This document shows, in pieces, positions 24,900-37,124 of a stretch of 47,275 nucleotides of DNA. Under the pieces are notes generated by a model. The model had not been told where the DNA came from. It saw only the letters and a program-made list of their open reading frames with translations, and searched no databases. The translations under genes were made by a program, and so were the position numbers. The stretch is from Ginglymostoma cirratum (taxonomy: Eukaryota), in the NCBI GenBank assembly GCA_024137785.1, contig JAHRHZ010000085.1:1925941-1973215 (forward strand), written 5' to 3'. Numbering within the stretch: the stretch's first letter is position 1; the number at the start of each line of letters is the position of its first letter.

Positions 24900-25840
24900 G
24901 TCATGGAGATATAGAGCACGGAAATAGACCCTTCGGTCGAACTCGTCCATGCCCACCAGATATCCTAAATAAATCGAGTGCCATTTGCCAGCTTTTGGCT
25001 AATATCCCTCTAAACCCTTCGTATTCATATGCCCATTCAGATGCCTTTTAAATGTTGTGATTGTACCAGCCTCCACCAGTCCCTCTGGCAGCTCGTTCCA
25101 TACAGGCACAACCCTATGCATGCAAACAATGCCCCTTAGTTCCCATTTAAATCTTTCCCTTCTCAGCTTAAACCTATGCCATCCAGTTTTGGACTGCCCA
25201 ACTTCAAGAAAAAGAGCTTGTCTATTTACCCTATCCATGCCCCTCATGATTTTATAAACCTTTGTAAGGTCACCCTCAGCCTCTGACGCTCCGGGGAAAA
25301 TAGTCCCAGCCTATTCAGCCCCTCTCCATAGTTCAATCCCTCCAATTCTGGCAACATCCTGTAAATCTTTTCTGAACCCTTTCAAGTTTCACAACATCCA
25401 TCCTATAGCATGGGAACCAGAAATGCACGCTGTATTCCTATAACCAATGTCCTGTACAGCCTCGACATGATCTCCCAACTCCAATACTAAATGCATTGAC
25501 CAACAATGGCAACCGTACCAAATGCCTTCTTCACTATCCTACCTACCAGTTACTCCACTTTCAAGGAACTATGAACCTGTATTCCAAGGTCTCTTTGTTC
25601 AGCAACACTCTCTGGGATCTTACCTTTCAGTGTATACATTCTGCCCTGATTTGTCTTTCCAAAATACAGCATTTCACATTTACCTATTTTAAACTCTATC
25701 TGGCACGCTTGGGTCCATTGGCCCATCTGATTAAGATCCCGATGTACTCTGAGGTAACCTTCTTCGCTGCCCACCACACCTCCAATTTTGGTGTCATCTG
25801 AAAACTTGCTATTCATAGCTCCTGTGTTCACATCCATATC
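24900..25840 (-). mobile_element. CR1 RT-to-3'-end fragment
   Basis: SKFSDDTKIGGVV..KCEMLYFG and FKRHLNGHMN motifs. Confidence 0.9.
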
Positions 25841-26719
25841 ATAACATCATAAAATGTACAGTGATAGACATGTGATTAATTTTGGAACCTTATTTGGTTC
25901 AACATAGTTTTGAGCAATGACAGAAATGAAAATTATACACGGGGGAACTCAATTAAGAAAACAAACCAAAGTAAATAATATTCATTATACCACATTTTAT
26001 TACGAGTTAATGGAGAACTGTTACATAAAATACTTCAACGATTCTAATAGCTATTTCAAGTGTGTATTGGTAAAATACATTAATATGTTGATGTATTGCA
26101 AGGTGCCAGTTTACCAAAAAATGGCAGCACGTGAAATTTGAGGCAATGCTTTTCCTTGGACAGAGAAATCCTTTAAATGTAGAAAACAAAGTTTATGAAA
26201 CATCATTTAAATGCTGAAAATGGTCATGTCGTGAATAGTGATGCCATGAACAGTTAACAGTGCACACATGGTTAGGGAATTGCAAAGATAGTTTGAATGT
26301 TATATGTTCATCATGATTCATGTATTGGTCATAAAGTTTGTGCAGTGTAGCTTTGTCAGTATGGTGCCTGAGATAATACAATTACATTAAAGGCTCAAGT
26401 TGCATTAACTTAGTATCCGTTGGCATGAATATGACGGGACTCGCTCCCTCTAATTCTTATTGAAGCTAGGTTGAGGGTGGCTGATGCTTTTTTCCCCACA
26501 GATATTAAGGGTGAGAACGGAAAGTTAAAATGCAGAAATTGGAGTTCCAACACTGATTAACATGTTTTGGTTAAATGGCAAAATGGGCTGGGGACTAAAT
26601 GGATTACTATTGTCCCCTTTTTCGCTATTTCTGTCCATGTCCTCATTAATGCCAGACTGTTTCGATCGATAATGACCTTGATAATTGCGATTATTTATTT
26701 TCATCATTGAACTGTTCTT

Positions 26720-27200
26720 TTGGTTAGCACTGCTGCTTCACAGTGCCAGGGGCCGAGTTCAATTCCACACTCGACCGACCGCTTCCGTGGATTTTGTACA
26801 TCTCTTCGTGTCTGCGTGGATTTCCTCCGGGTGCTGTGGTTTCCTACCACAGTCCAAAGATGTGTAGGTTAGGTGGATTGGCCATGCTAAATTGCCCGTC
26901 GTGTCCAGGGATATGCAGGCGAGGTGAGAGATAGTAGGAATTGCCGATGCTGGAGTCTGAGATGACAAGGTGTACAGCTGAATGAACACAGCAGGCCCAG
27001 CAGCATCAGAAGAGCCGGAAAGCTGACGTTTCGGGTCTAGACCCTTCCTCAGAAAATTGCGGTTGAGGCGAGTTAGCCATGGGAAATGCAGAGTTACTGG
27101 GATAGGGAAGGGGAGTGGGTCAGTGTGGACTGCTTTTCGGAGGATCTGTGGGTTCGTTGGGCCGAATGGCCTGCTTCCACACTTTGGGGATTTTATGATT
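26720..27200 (+). mobile_element. HE1-type V-SINE split by a PLE-derived element (26927-27056)
   Basis: Homologous to 6053-6379. The insert is homologous to 2783-2913. Confidence 0.85.
27021..27056 (-). ncRNA. Minimal type I hammerhead ribozyme motif
   Basis: TTTT CTGAGGA A GGGTCTAGACCC GAAA C GTC AGCT: intact core. Confidence 0.65.
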
Positions 27201-27701
27201 GTATAATGCTGCGGCATGTATCTTGTTCATAAGCAATCGGCAAACATTTCCAATGGAACGAACTGTTGGGTCAGTAATTGTAACACTTTCTTTCAGAGAA
27301 ATGCCACCATTATCTTTTTTTCCCCATTTTTTGTCTTCTTTTTCGCTTTATTATATTCTTGCTGCTGCTATTACAATTTACATGTTTCAGTAAATTGCCG
27401 ACCTGATGTTTGCGCAGACTGTAGGAAGAAATAAAAGACATATTCTGGTTAGCAAGCGTCCGGGGAAAAAAGCCATAAATGATAACGCAAACGACTTCAA
27501 CAATCTCTCAGGTTGAATAGAAAACACCTCCAATAGCTTACAATACACTCCATTCTGTCAACAGGCACTACCACATCATAATTATCAACTAACATCAGAA
27601 CTCGATCTTTATATGTCATTAATGATTGGAAAGTTAGATCTTAAGCACGGCTGATCCACACTACAGGCAATCTTTCAAAGAATCTGTCATTGCTCAGGAT
27701 T

Positions 27702-27831
27702 AGAGATAGTAAGGACAGCCGATGCTGGAGTCTCAGGTAACACACTGTGGAGCTGGAGGAACACAGCAGGCCAAGGAGCATCAGAGGAGTAGGGAAGTTG
27801 GCGTTTCGGGTCGGGACCCTTCAGAAATTAT
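27702..27831 (-). mobile_element. PLE-derived short element, 10-bp TSD, hammerhead core deleted
   Basis: TCAGGATTAG at 27694-27703 and 27832-27841. Confidence 0.8.
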
Positions 27832-28424
27832 TCAGGATTAGTCTTGTTTACACCATTCCCGTTTTTTCTTACGAACTGCGAGCAAATCATGCGTCGTAGT
27901 GAATTAAGTCTGTAGAAATAATGCAGTAATCGTTGAAATTGGACAGGACAATATCCTTTTACTTAGAGTCATCCAAGCCTCATAATTTACAGATTAGAAT
28001 TTTATCCTAAAACTCCGGCTGCGGAAAATTAATTATTTGCAGTATGTCGTTGTGTAAAGCTAACGTGGCGAAAAAAAATAGACATGTTGCGCTTGATTGC
28101 ATTAAAATTAAGCACTTAAACAAAATTCTATGTTGCTGTAATTGACACGAATTTTGTCACATGTGACTACGTTTCCGAAAGAAATATCGCAGAATTCCGA
28201 ACGTTTTAGAAATGAACAATAAAGTAAGAGAGCGAGATTATACGTCCACTCACCAGCTTTTGTCACGACTGCATTTTATTTTGTAGAACTCGGCGTAAAA
28301 CCAGTCGTTCTTCTTGTCCAGATGATATCACATATTTTAAAATCACACACTTGCAGTCCCATTTCAAACAAAAAATTATCATTTCCAGGACCGTTATATC
28401 CAAATCAACTACAGATGTGGGGTG

Positions 28425-28549
28425 AGAAAACAAGGTGTAGAGCTGGATGAACACAGCAGGCCAAGCAGCATCATAAGAGCAGGAAAACTTGACGTTTCGG
28501 GCCGAGACCCTTCTTCTCGGATTCTGCAGCATCTGCAGTACCTATTATC
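28425..28549. mobile_element. PLE-derived short element with internal inversion and 14-bp TSD
   Basis: ACAGATGTGGGGTG at 28411-28424 and 28550-28563. Confidence 0.85.
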
Positions 28550-28959
28550 ACAGATGTGGGGTGGGCAGCTCTCCTTGCCCTAGTGGCAAAATTCATATTT
28601 CATGAACGAAAAAGCGCAAAGCATTCAAATAAAGAAGTTAAAACGATTTTCTTTCGTTCAGATGTCCTTCAATTGACATCGTTTTCAAATTCAATCGAGG
28701 AACGGTAGACACATCAGACTATATTCAATGCAACCAGAAAACAACAGATAGTGGGAGCTTTGATTGCCCGCAAAATTACTAGGAAAGAAAATATCCAATA
28801 TTTTGAGAGCATGACCTACTCAGAATTTTAACATCGCTTTCAAGATTTAACCTGTTTTCTATAATTCCACGTTACAACTTAACTAAGTTGCTATTTCCGG
28901 TTTTCTTTTCTTGTAGTTATTTACGGAGCTGGGATATGGCAGTGATAATTTTCGAAGTC

Positions 28960-28976
28960 GGAAACGAAACTAAAAC
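28960..28976 (+). promoter_or_regulatory. Candidate ISRE / IRF-binding element
   Basis: GGAAACGAAACTAAAAC within a CpG-retaining unique region. Confidence 0.4.
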
Positions 28977-29384
28977 TATTCCTATTGACCCAGTGGAAGC
29001 CTCAACTCAAGCATTTTACTATGCATTTCTCAGGTGCGCATTATGTTTAACAATTCAGGAAATCTCACCTGAAGGGAGAGGACTGCCAATTAATTAATTA
29101 ATCACGATAAAATATCGTATACTAAAATATTAGTGGGGCTATGATCAGTGGTTTGTGTGAAATATCCCACGTGGTGGATCAAGTAAAATACAAATGTGAA
29201 TTGTTAAGTATAACTGAAGCGCTGCGACAAGATGTCAACCCAGTGTAGCGTTCAGTAGAGTGCAGTATTCAGAGCAGACGTTCATTGGTTTGGGTTCTCT
29301 TTGAGAAAGAATTTCAGTTCTCAACAAATCGATTCCTCTAATCTCCCTTCCCTTGTAATGCCTGTAGTTAGGTTATCAATACTT

Positions 29385-30768
29385 AACATAGAAACATAGA
29401 AATATGAATGAGAGGAGTAGGAGGAAGCCATTTGGCCCTTTGAGTCTGTTGCTGCATTCTTCACCTGAATTCAGTAGCCTAATCCTGCTTTCTCCTCATA
29501 ACCTTTGATCCCATTCATCCCAAGTGCTATATCTTGTCACCTCTTCACTACATTCAATGTTTTAGCATCACCTACTTCCTGTGGTGATGAATTACACAGG
29601 CTTACGACTCTTTGGGTGAACAAATGTCTCCTCATCTCAGTCCTAAATTGTCTACCCCAAATCCTCATACTATGACCCCTGGTTCTGGAGACACCCACCA
29701 TCAGGAACATTCTCCCTGCATCTACCCTGTCCAGTGCTGTTAGAATTTTATAAGACTCTATGTCTCTTTATAAGCCTCATTCATCTGAACTCTTGCGAAA
29801 ACAATCACAACCTAGTCAATCTCTCCTCAGATGTCAGACCTGCCATCCCTGCAATCAGCCTGGTAAACCTTCGCTGCACTTCCTCGAAAGCAAGGGGATC
29901 CTTTCTCAGAAATGGAGCCCAAAATTGCCCACAATATTCCAGGTGTGGTCTCACCAAGGCCCTGTATAACTGTAACAACACATCCCTGCTCCTGGCCTTG
30001 AAGCCTCTTGTAATGAAGGCCAATATACCATTTGCCTTCTTTAGCACCTGCTGCACCTGCATGCTTACCTTCAGTGATTGGTGCACAAGGATGCCTAGGT
30101 CCCGCTGCAAACTCCCTTCGCCCAATTCACAATCATTCAGGTAGCATTCTGCCTTCTTGTTTTTGCTTCCCCAGTGAATAATCTCACACTTATCCAAATT
30201 ATACTGCATCTGCCAATGATTCGCCCATTCACCCAACCTGTCAAGACGATGCTGAAGGATCTCTGCATCCTTATCACAGTTCACCCTTCCACCCAACTTG
30301 GTATCATCTGCAAACTTGGAGATGACGCATTTTGTTCCCTCATTCAAATCATTAATATATATTGTGAATAGCTGAGGTCCCAGGACCGATCCCTGTAGCA
30401 CCCCACTGGTTACTGCCTGTCAATTTGAAAAGGACCCATTAATTCCTACCCTTTGTTTCCCTTCTGCCAGTTTCATACCCATCTCAATACACTTCCCCCA
30501 ATCTCACACACTTTAATCTTGCACATTAATGTCTTACGTGGAACTTTGTCAAATGTTTTCTGAAAGTCCAAATATACTGCATTGACAGGCTCCCCTTTGT
30601 TAACTCTACTAGCTACATCTTCATAGAATCCCAACAATTTTGTCAAGCATGATTTCCCTTTCATAAATCCAGGTTGATTCTGTCTGATCCTGCCACTGCT
30701 TTCTAAACGTTCTGCTATAAAATCCTTGACAATGGATCGGAGAATTTTCCCCACTACTGATGTTAGGC
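29385..30768 (-). mobile_element. CR1 RT-to-3'-end fragment
   Basis: ORFs 29805-30401 (QGSVLGP, FADD) and 30473-30772 (YLDFQKTFDKV). Confidence 0.92.
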
Positions 30769-31019
30769 CCATCCCTAATTGCCCGAAGGGTTGTTAACAG
30801 CCAACCACATTGCTGTGGGACTGGGGTCACATGCTGGCCAGACCCAGTGAGGATAGCAGATTTCCTTTCCTGAAAGGACATTAGCAAACCAGATTCTTTT
30901 TTGACAATCTGCCATGGTGGATTAGCTGGGGCTATGGATTAGTAGTCTAGAAATAATACCAAAAGGTTCTCTCCTCACATGTCCCACGAGTGAAAAAAAT
31001 CTGTCAGTGCCATCAACCA

Positions 31020-31240
31020 GCAGACCAATGCGATTTCAATACTTGGGCTGTACTGGTGCCTCTCTGTTTTATTCTCTGAGTTGTGTTACACACATGGTGG
31101 TGGTCTCTCACAACCTGGAACTCCAGAGAGGACAGGCCCTGGCAGAGGTGATCTAGTGGATCAAACCATGTCATCTGAGGATGAGAAGGATCCATGCCAG
31201 CCAGCAGCAGAAACTGGTTTACAACAGGATCTAGAAGAGA
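31020..31240 (+). mobile_element. PIF/Harbinger (HARBI1-like) transposase C-terminal remnant
   Basis: MRFQYLGCTGASLFYSLSCVTHMVVVSHNLELQRG resembles the Harbinger RFRCL...LxY...LHN segment and is followed by an acidic stretch. Confidence 0.6.
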
Positions 31241-32022
31241 GAGAGGAAGAAAGTATTACAGTGTTGCATTTACCCAGGAATATGAAATTCTTCAAATGAA
31301 AACATATTTGTTGCAGTCAGCTCATGTTTGTATCTCCTAGATATTGACATCAAGACTTAGTAGAAGAGATAAACTGGGGTAAATTTCCTTTTCACAATGC
31401 ATTTAGGTTGAGACTTTCTAAGCCACGAGCTTTTTTGATAGAATAACTAAGGAGCAATAATATCGAATGACTGATAAGTTTGTTATAAGAAGGTTACTGT
31501 CACTCCAATATGCAAAAAGGGACGTAGAGAGAAAACAGGGAATTATAGACGGGTGAGCCTAACATCAGTGGTGGGGAAAATTCTCCAATCCATTGTCAAG
31601 GATTTTGTCCAGCCAAAGATACCACCCACATTTGGTGAATGAGTAAAAACCAAAATACCTGAACAGTACTTCAAGACCTGCCACAGTCCTTAAAGTGAAA
31701 TGCTGTTAGGTGAATCGATCTTAGTGAAATGATAGAGAAAATAATTGAGGTACCAAACATCTTCTTCAGTTCGCCCTTGCTTTTTTGTTAAACTATCAGA
31801 AATGATGCCATTGTTCTCCCTTCTGGCTGCTACCACACTGTGTCACCTATCATTACACTATTGAAACAAGTGCTATTTCATTCATTTAAACAAAAGGGTC
31901 GTTTCAAATGTTTTGTCCATGGTGGAATTATGTTATGCATTCTATTGAATTTAATGACAGTATCCTTGATGACCTGCTTGGTATTACTGACTTTTGACTA
32001 TCTCAGGTAATTAAACTTGTAC

Positions 32023-32340
32023 CTGCTTTGGAATATGTAATAACAGAAGTAACAATGGCAGGAGTTCCGAACGTGATATTAGAGACTAGGTGGATGTAAG
32101 CAATCCATTTTGAGCAGATTGTCTTTTTATCAAAAGCTGCAAGCTTCTTACAGTCCATCTGAATTTTGCTGCCTTCTGACAGACATACCATCTGTGATCT
32201 CAACGTCATTTTTAAACCAGACAAAGTCAATGACCTCTGGGTAAAATGCGTGTGCTTCCAATGCAAGGGGCAATGATGAATACCGCAGAGATTCTCTGGA
32301 GAAAAATTGCTCTGGCTGTTAAAATAATGTGAATTAGAAC
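32023..32340 (-). pseudogene. Decayed C1-set Ig exon, paralogous to the + strand receptor
   Basis: Minus strand reads ..AFYPEVIDFVWFKNDVEITDGMSVRRQQNSDGL*EACSF*, then after a frameshift AYIHLVSNITFGTPAIVTSVITYSKA. Both canonical Cys are lost. It ends in phase 1 at G|GTACAA, the same donor hexamer as the intact C1 exon. The 5' boundary is uncertain (32315 or about 32340). Confidence 0.8.
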
Positions 32341-32449
32341 TTAAAATGAGTGGAACAAAAGAAAAACTTGTCACAAATTCCTATCATTGCAGAACTTGTT
32401 TTAATGATTAATGAATAAATGCTGACTGGACCTCTCTAATTTCAAATAT

Positions 32450-32640
32450 TAGTCTAATGTTGATCTTGCTTTGGTGCACCTCCTGTATAGCCATAACCTT
32501 GTATGCCTCCCCCTGTTTAAACGCCCTATGACCTGCATGTCCTTATATATTATGATCTGCCTGTACTGATCACAAAGCAAAACTTAGGTGCACATTACAA
32601 GAATAAATCAAACCAAATCAAATCAAAAAATCAAATAAAT
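32450..32640 (+). mobile_element. Non-LTR retroelement 3' end with (AAATC)n tail
   Basis: AATAAA followed by AAATC repeats at about 32602-32639. Family not determined. Confidence 0.45.
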
Positions 32641-32759
32641 ATGACTGGAACAATTGGTTCTGATACACGTGTGTAAAGCCTCAAATTCCTACAAATCCTA
32701 AGGAATCTAAACTCAAGAATTCCATCTGAGGATCAGACCAGAAGACAAACAAGTGGCAG

Positions 32760-33185
32760 TATTGAGAAAAAGTGATGGGGGAGTTTTGAATGAGGGCACA
32801 TAGTTAATATTGAGGAGACAACTCTTTAGTGATGTAAGAGTGAATTTCTCCCTTCAGAGAATAGTGAATGTCGAGAATTCTCTACCTCAGAGATTGAGGA
32901 GTTTAATTTACTAAAATATTTAAAGGGAAGTGGGAAATGGCAGGTGGGACTAGTTTAGTTTGGAAATATAGTAGGCGTGGACTCGATGGATCGAAGGGTC
33001 TGTTTACATGCTGTATGACTCTTTGACACTATGAGTCTATGACATTTTTGAAACAATGAGAATTTGAGGGCTATGCTGAGCTAGCACAAATGAAGAATTG
33101 AGGCCTGGGGCAGATCAATTAAGATCATATAGCTGACAGAGCAACTTGTGTGGTTGAATGGCATATTCCTACTCCTTTTCTTTAT
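32760..33185 (+). mobile_element. Nested CR1 3'-end fragments
   Basis: Degenerate FSxRVVxxWNxLP-like region and CR1 3' UTRs. Confidence 0.6.
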
Positions 33186-34091
33186 ATTGTTGTACTTTTT
33201 TGTTTCCAGCATTCCTCATTTTAGACATATCTTTATATTGTTAGCCATAAGTATCTTCATTTTAGATGGAACTTACTCTAAAGCTTACAGCATTCTGTGA
33301 AAGCCAGTGATTCTTTCTTTTAGAGCTGAGAGCTGTTCTCTTGGCAGATGGCAGTTGGCTCTCTCCTGATTTTCCAAATGCCATCATCTTTTATACTCTT
33401 GATCACAAATCAGTTTCATACAACAGGATTGGTCCTATGTTGTCAAAACCATCAGATTTAAATTTAATTTGTTTTTGGTATCTAAGGGCCTGGTTTCAAT
33501 TAATTGGCTGAATTCAAATTTGTTGTCTTGATAACAAAACTGTGGCTTGGTCTGCAAACCATCCAGCCTTTTGGTACAAATGTTATAATTCATGTGCTTT
33601 GTGCACTTGCAATCCCACAAACTGCCCGCAAACATTGTTTTTTAATCTCCAAGCCTAGAAAAAAAAGCACATCATCCTTTAAAGGGACCACAGACTCCTT
33701 TCCCCCTATCACTTTATAAACATCACTATTTTACAAAGACCAAATTCTAATGTCCTGCATTCTAATTCACCAGTACTCTACCCAACTTTGCAACACATAG
33801 GCCACACTATTGCTTCCCCTATTCCCTGTGCTTTTAGTGAGTGGGTTTGTTGGAGGTGGGTAGTCAGGTGAAATTGATGTGGAAGATTATGTGGATAAGT
33901 GGGTAAATGATAGACAAGTGATCAAGGGTAGATGGTCCAGCTTAAATCATTTGGGCCACAGAGATAGTTGGGTTTGGTCAGATTATAGGTATAGTTGGGA
34001 CAGCAGGCAATCTGGTCTTTATGGAGTAGCCATCAGGTGGTTTATGAATAATTGTGATGAGTCTGTGACTAGCCAGTGATCAGGGCTATAT

Positions 34092-34226
34092 AAAAACCAA
34101 AAGAACTGCAGATGCTGTAAATCAGGAAGAAAAACAAAGTTGCTGGAAAAGCTCAGCAGGTCTGGCAGCATCTGTGGTGGAAAAAACAGAGTTAACGTTT
34201 CGGGTCCGGTGACCCTTCCTCAGAAC
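34092..34226 (-). mobile_element. PLE terminal-repeat short element
   Basis: Flanked by TGATCAGGGCTAT (34077-34089 and 34244-34256) with a partial extra copy between. Confidence 0.85.
34190..34226 (-). ncRNA. Minimal type I hammerhead ribozyme motif (best-preserved copy)
   Basis: GTT CTGAGGA A GGGTC ACCG GACCC GAAA C GTT AAC: perfect core, 5-bp stem II, stem I GTT/AAC. Confidence 0.75.
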
Positions 34227-34714
34227 GGATCAGGGCTGAGGGCTGATCAGGGCTATGTCAGGTTAGGACAGGGTGGAGTTAGTTTTGTAGAGTGCGGAAG
34301 TTTGGTTGTTTTTTCTCTGTTTAGTAAAGTGGTATACTTTTTTAAAAAATTTGGTGGATCTGATCTTCATTGCTTGGGCAACTTTTATTGGCCATCACTA
34401 ATTTTTCCAGTGAAGGTGGCAATGAGTAGCTTTTATGATCCATTGCTGCCTATATCATCTGAGGCCACGAACACGACTTTTAAAGAAGGAGGTCCAGGAT
34501 TTTTACCTCGCAATAATGAAGGAACTATTTATATAGTTCCACACCAAGAAGTGAGTCATTTGGAGAAGAACTTGTGTATTGTGGTATTCCCATGCATCTG
34601 TTGTAGTTATCCTTCAATATGGTGGTAGGACTGGCTTCGAAAGATGCTATTGAAGGAGCCTTAGTGAATTTCTGCAGTACATTTTGCTGACAGGGGGAGT
34701 GAATTTTTCTGGAT

Positions 34715-35650
34715 GCGTTATAAAATAGGAGCAGGAGTATACCATTTGGCCCTGCAAATCTTCTCCGCCTTTCAACATGATCAAGGCTGACCATGCATCT
34801 CAGGAACTTGTTTCCAATTTATTCCCATAACGTTTGATCTCTTAGCCCTAAGAATTGTGTTGTAGTACTTCTTGAAAACATTCAATGTTTTGACCTGAAA
34901 TGCTTTCTGTCATAGATAATTCTACACGCTCAACTCTTTCTGGGTAAGATATTTCTCCTAATTTCAGTCCAAAATGGCCTTTGCCATATCCCTAAACTGT
35001 GATCCTGATCCTGGAAGCCCTAGTCAGCAGGAACATTCTTTCTGTGTTTACCTGTCCAGTCCAGTTAGAATTTTATAGGTTTCCATCAGGACCCTTCCCC
35101 CAGCCCAATTCTTCTAAACTCCAAATAATAAATTCTTAAGGATCCAGTGTCTCTTCATACATCAGTCCTACCATCCCAAATCTGGTAAATCTTTCTTGCA
35201 CTCCCTCTATAGCCAGAACATCCTTCCTCAGATACAAAGACCAAAACTGCACACGATGCTACAGGTGTGGTCTCACCAAGGCCTTGTATAACTCCCCAAA
35301 ATATCTCTGTTCCTATTCATGAATCCTCTCGCTATAAAGGCCAACATACCATTTGCCTTCTTAACCGCCTACTGCATCTGCATGCTTGCTTTCAGTGACT
35401 GATGTATAAGGACCACAAGGTCTCATTGCAGGCCTCCCTTTTCCTAATCTATTGTCATTCAGATAATAATCTGCCTCCTTATTTTTGCTAACCTCACACT
35501 TATCCACATAATACTTCATCTGCGATGAATTTAACCATCATTCAACTTGTCCAAATCTGAAGCACCTCTGCATCCTGTCTGCAGCTCACCTACCCTACCA
35601 ACCCCCCAATGCCCCCACCACCCCGCCCCAGTATTGTGTCATCTGCATTG
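34715..35650 (-). mobile_element. CR1 3' fragment
   Basis: Collinear with 29400-30310. Confidence 0.8.
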
Positions 35651-36629
35651 ACCAATGTGAAGACCAGGGCTCATTTCCTCAAGAACAACATGGTAATCAC
35701 TCAGCTAGTACTATATTAATTCGATCCATGTGCGACAAGTAGATTGGTCAGCCTGAGTTGATGTTGGTTTTTACCTCACATTGTTTCCCTGTGCCCTTGC
35801 TACAGAACTAGTCTAAGAATCTTTGAGCTTGTCAGCTCAATCATTGGTGGTGCTCTTGATTTTGGATATTGATGTCTATCGCCCAGAGCATATTCTGTGC
35901 CCTTGCAACCCTCAGCCCGTTTATAATTAGTGCTCAACTTGGAGGAACCTGATACATCAGTCAAGAGGGTGCATTAAGTGGCAATCAGCAAGAGATTTCC
36001 TTACCTATGTTTGTCCTGATGCCAAGAGTTTTTGTGGGGTCTGAAGTTTATGTTGAGCACTCTCAGGACAACTCCCCCATTGCTGTATGCCACTGTTCCA
36101 CCATTTCTGGTTGTCATGTTAGTGGGACAAGACATGCCATGAGATGCAGTGGATTTGTTTGGGGCATATCAATCATGAAGAAAATATTTGGCAATTATCC
36201 CTGCTGACTACACCAGAATCAGGACTCTAACTTAGATTTGCAAGGCATTTCATGTCATCTATTTTGGAATTTATTTTTTCCAGCCCTAAACTGATCCTAT
36301 CATGAAACCTTATGTTCAACCTCAAATTCCTGAATGTTTGCTAGTACTGATGTTGAGAAGCTGTGTTTATAGATAACGAGGTCCATCTTATTATTCTTGA
36401 TTGTTGGAAATAACTATGAAGACCAAATTTGAATACTTCCACTGTTTAAGAAAGTCATTAGAGTACACTAACTAATTGCAAGATCCTACTAGACACATGA
36501 ATAGCTTATACTTACCTCACTATGTACCCTTTTGTGCAAATTATGGGGCTCTCTGATTTTCAATTTCTGAAGTATTTCTAAAGATAAATTTATAATTGAA
36601 AATTAGTTGATGATTGTTGATTTTTGATA

Positions 36630-37004
36630 CACTTCCGGTTATGGATTCCGACAACAATAACTGAATATTACAAGAAGTGATGAAGGGTAACAATATAATT
36701 AGCTGAGATTGTGAAACAAATAATCTGCAACTGTCATTGTGTGATATTGTGGTTTCTGCTTTCTCACATGTAATTACAATCCATTCAGACACTTGTCGTT
36801 TACCCATTGGAAAGAAAAACAGCTGACCTTTTTGAAAGCAACTGAAATTAAGTTTCAGCTGCACATCACAGCCTTGTTGAACACTGATTTGATCAGAAGT
36901 GTCTCACTGTGAAAGAAGGAAGCAGTTTTTTGAACATTTTCGTGTGGGCGAGCTTAAAAGAAAGGGCATACAATCTGATTGCCTCATGTGGTTACACATG
37001 AGGC
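36630..37004. promoter_or_regulatory. ETS-RUNX-E-box regulatory module
   Basis: ACCGGAAGTG (minus, 36630-36639), TGTGGTT (36748-36754 and 36987-36993), CAGCTG (36820 and 36856), and inverted CATGTG/CACATG boxes at 36981-37004. Confidence 0.5.
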
Positions 37005-37124
37005 TATTGGCTCAATTTATCTACCAGGGCCCCACAGTATCTATGGAAATTACTGCGCACAGCTTCACCTAAAACTTATAATATTTCTAATCAATTCGGT
37101 AGTCTACTGTCTCAGTGTTTTATA

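Noticed and set aside
26193-26381. YMNH motif as a CD28-like tail exon
   Set aside because: No convincing donor or phase-compatible neighbours; likely chance.
31805-31842. CACAGTG heptamer (minus strand) as a V(D)J recombination signal
   Set aside because: No ACAAAAACC-like nonamer at 12- or 23-bp spacing and no adjacent V/D/J segment.
33250-33720. Possible LTR fragment or exon
   Set aside because: No Ig motifs in any frame examined, and no LTR termini or TSD could be defined.
36541-36864. 107-aa minus-strand ORF as the missing V exon
   Set aside because: No properly spaced Cys/Trp or DxGxYxC motifs.
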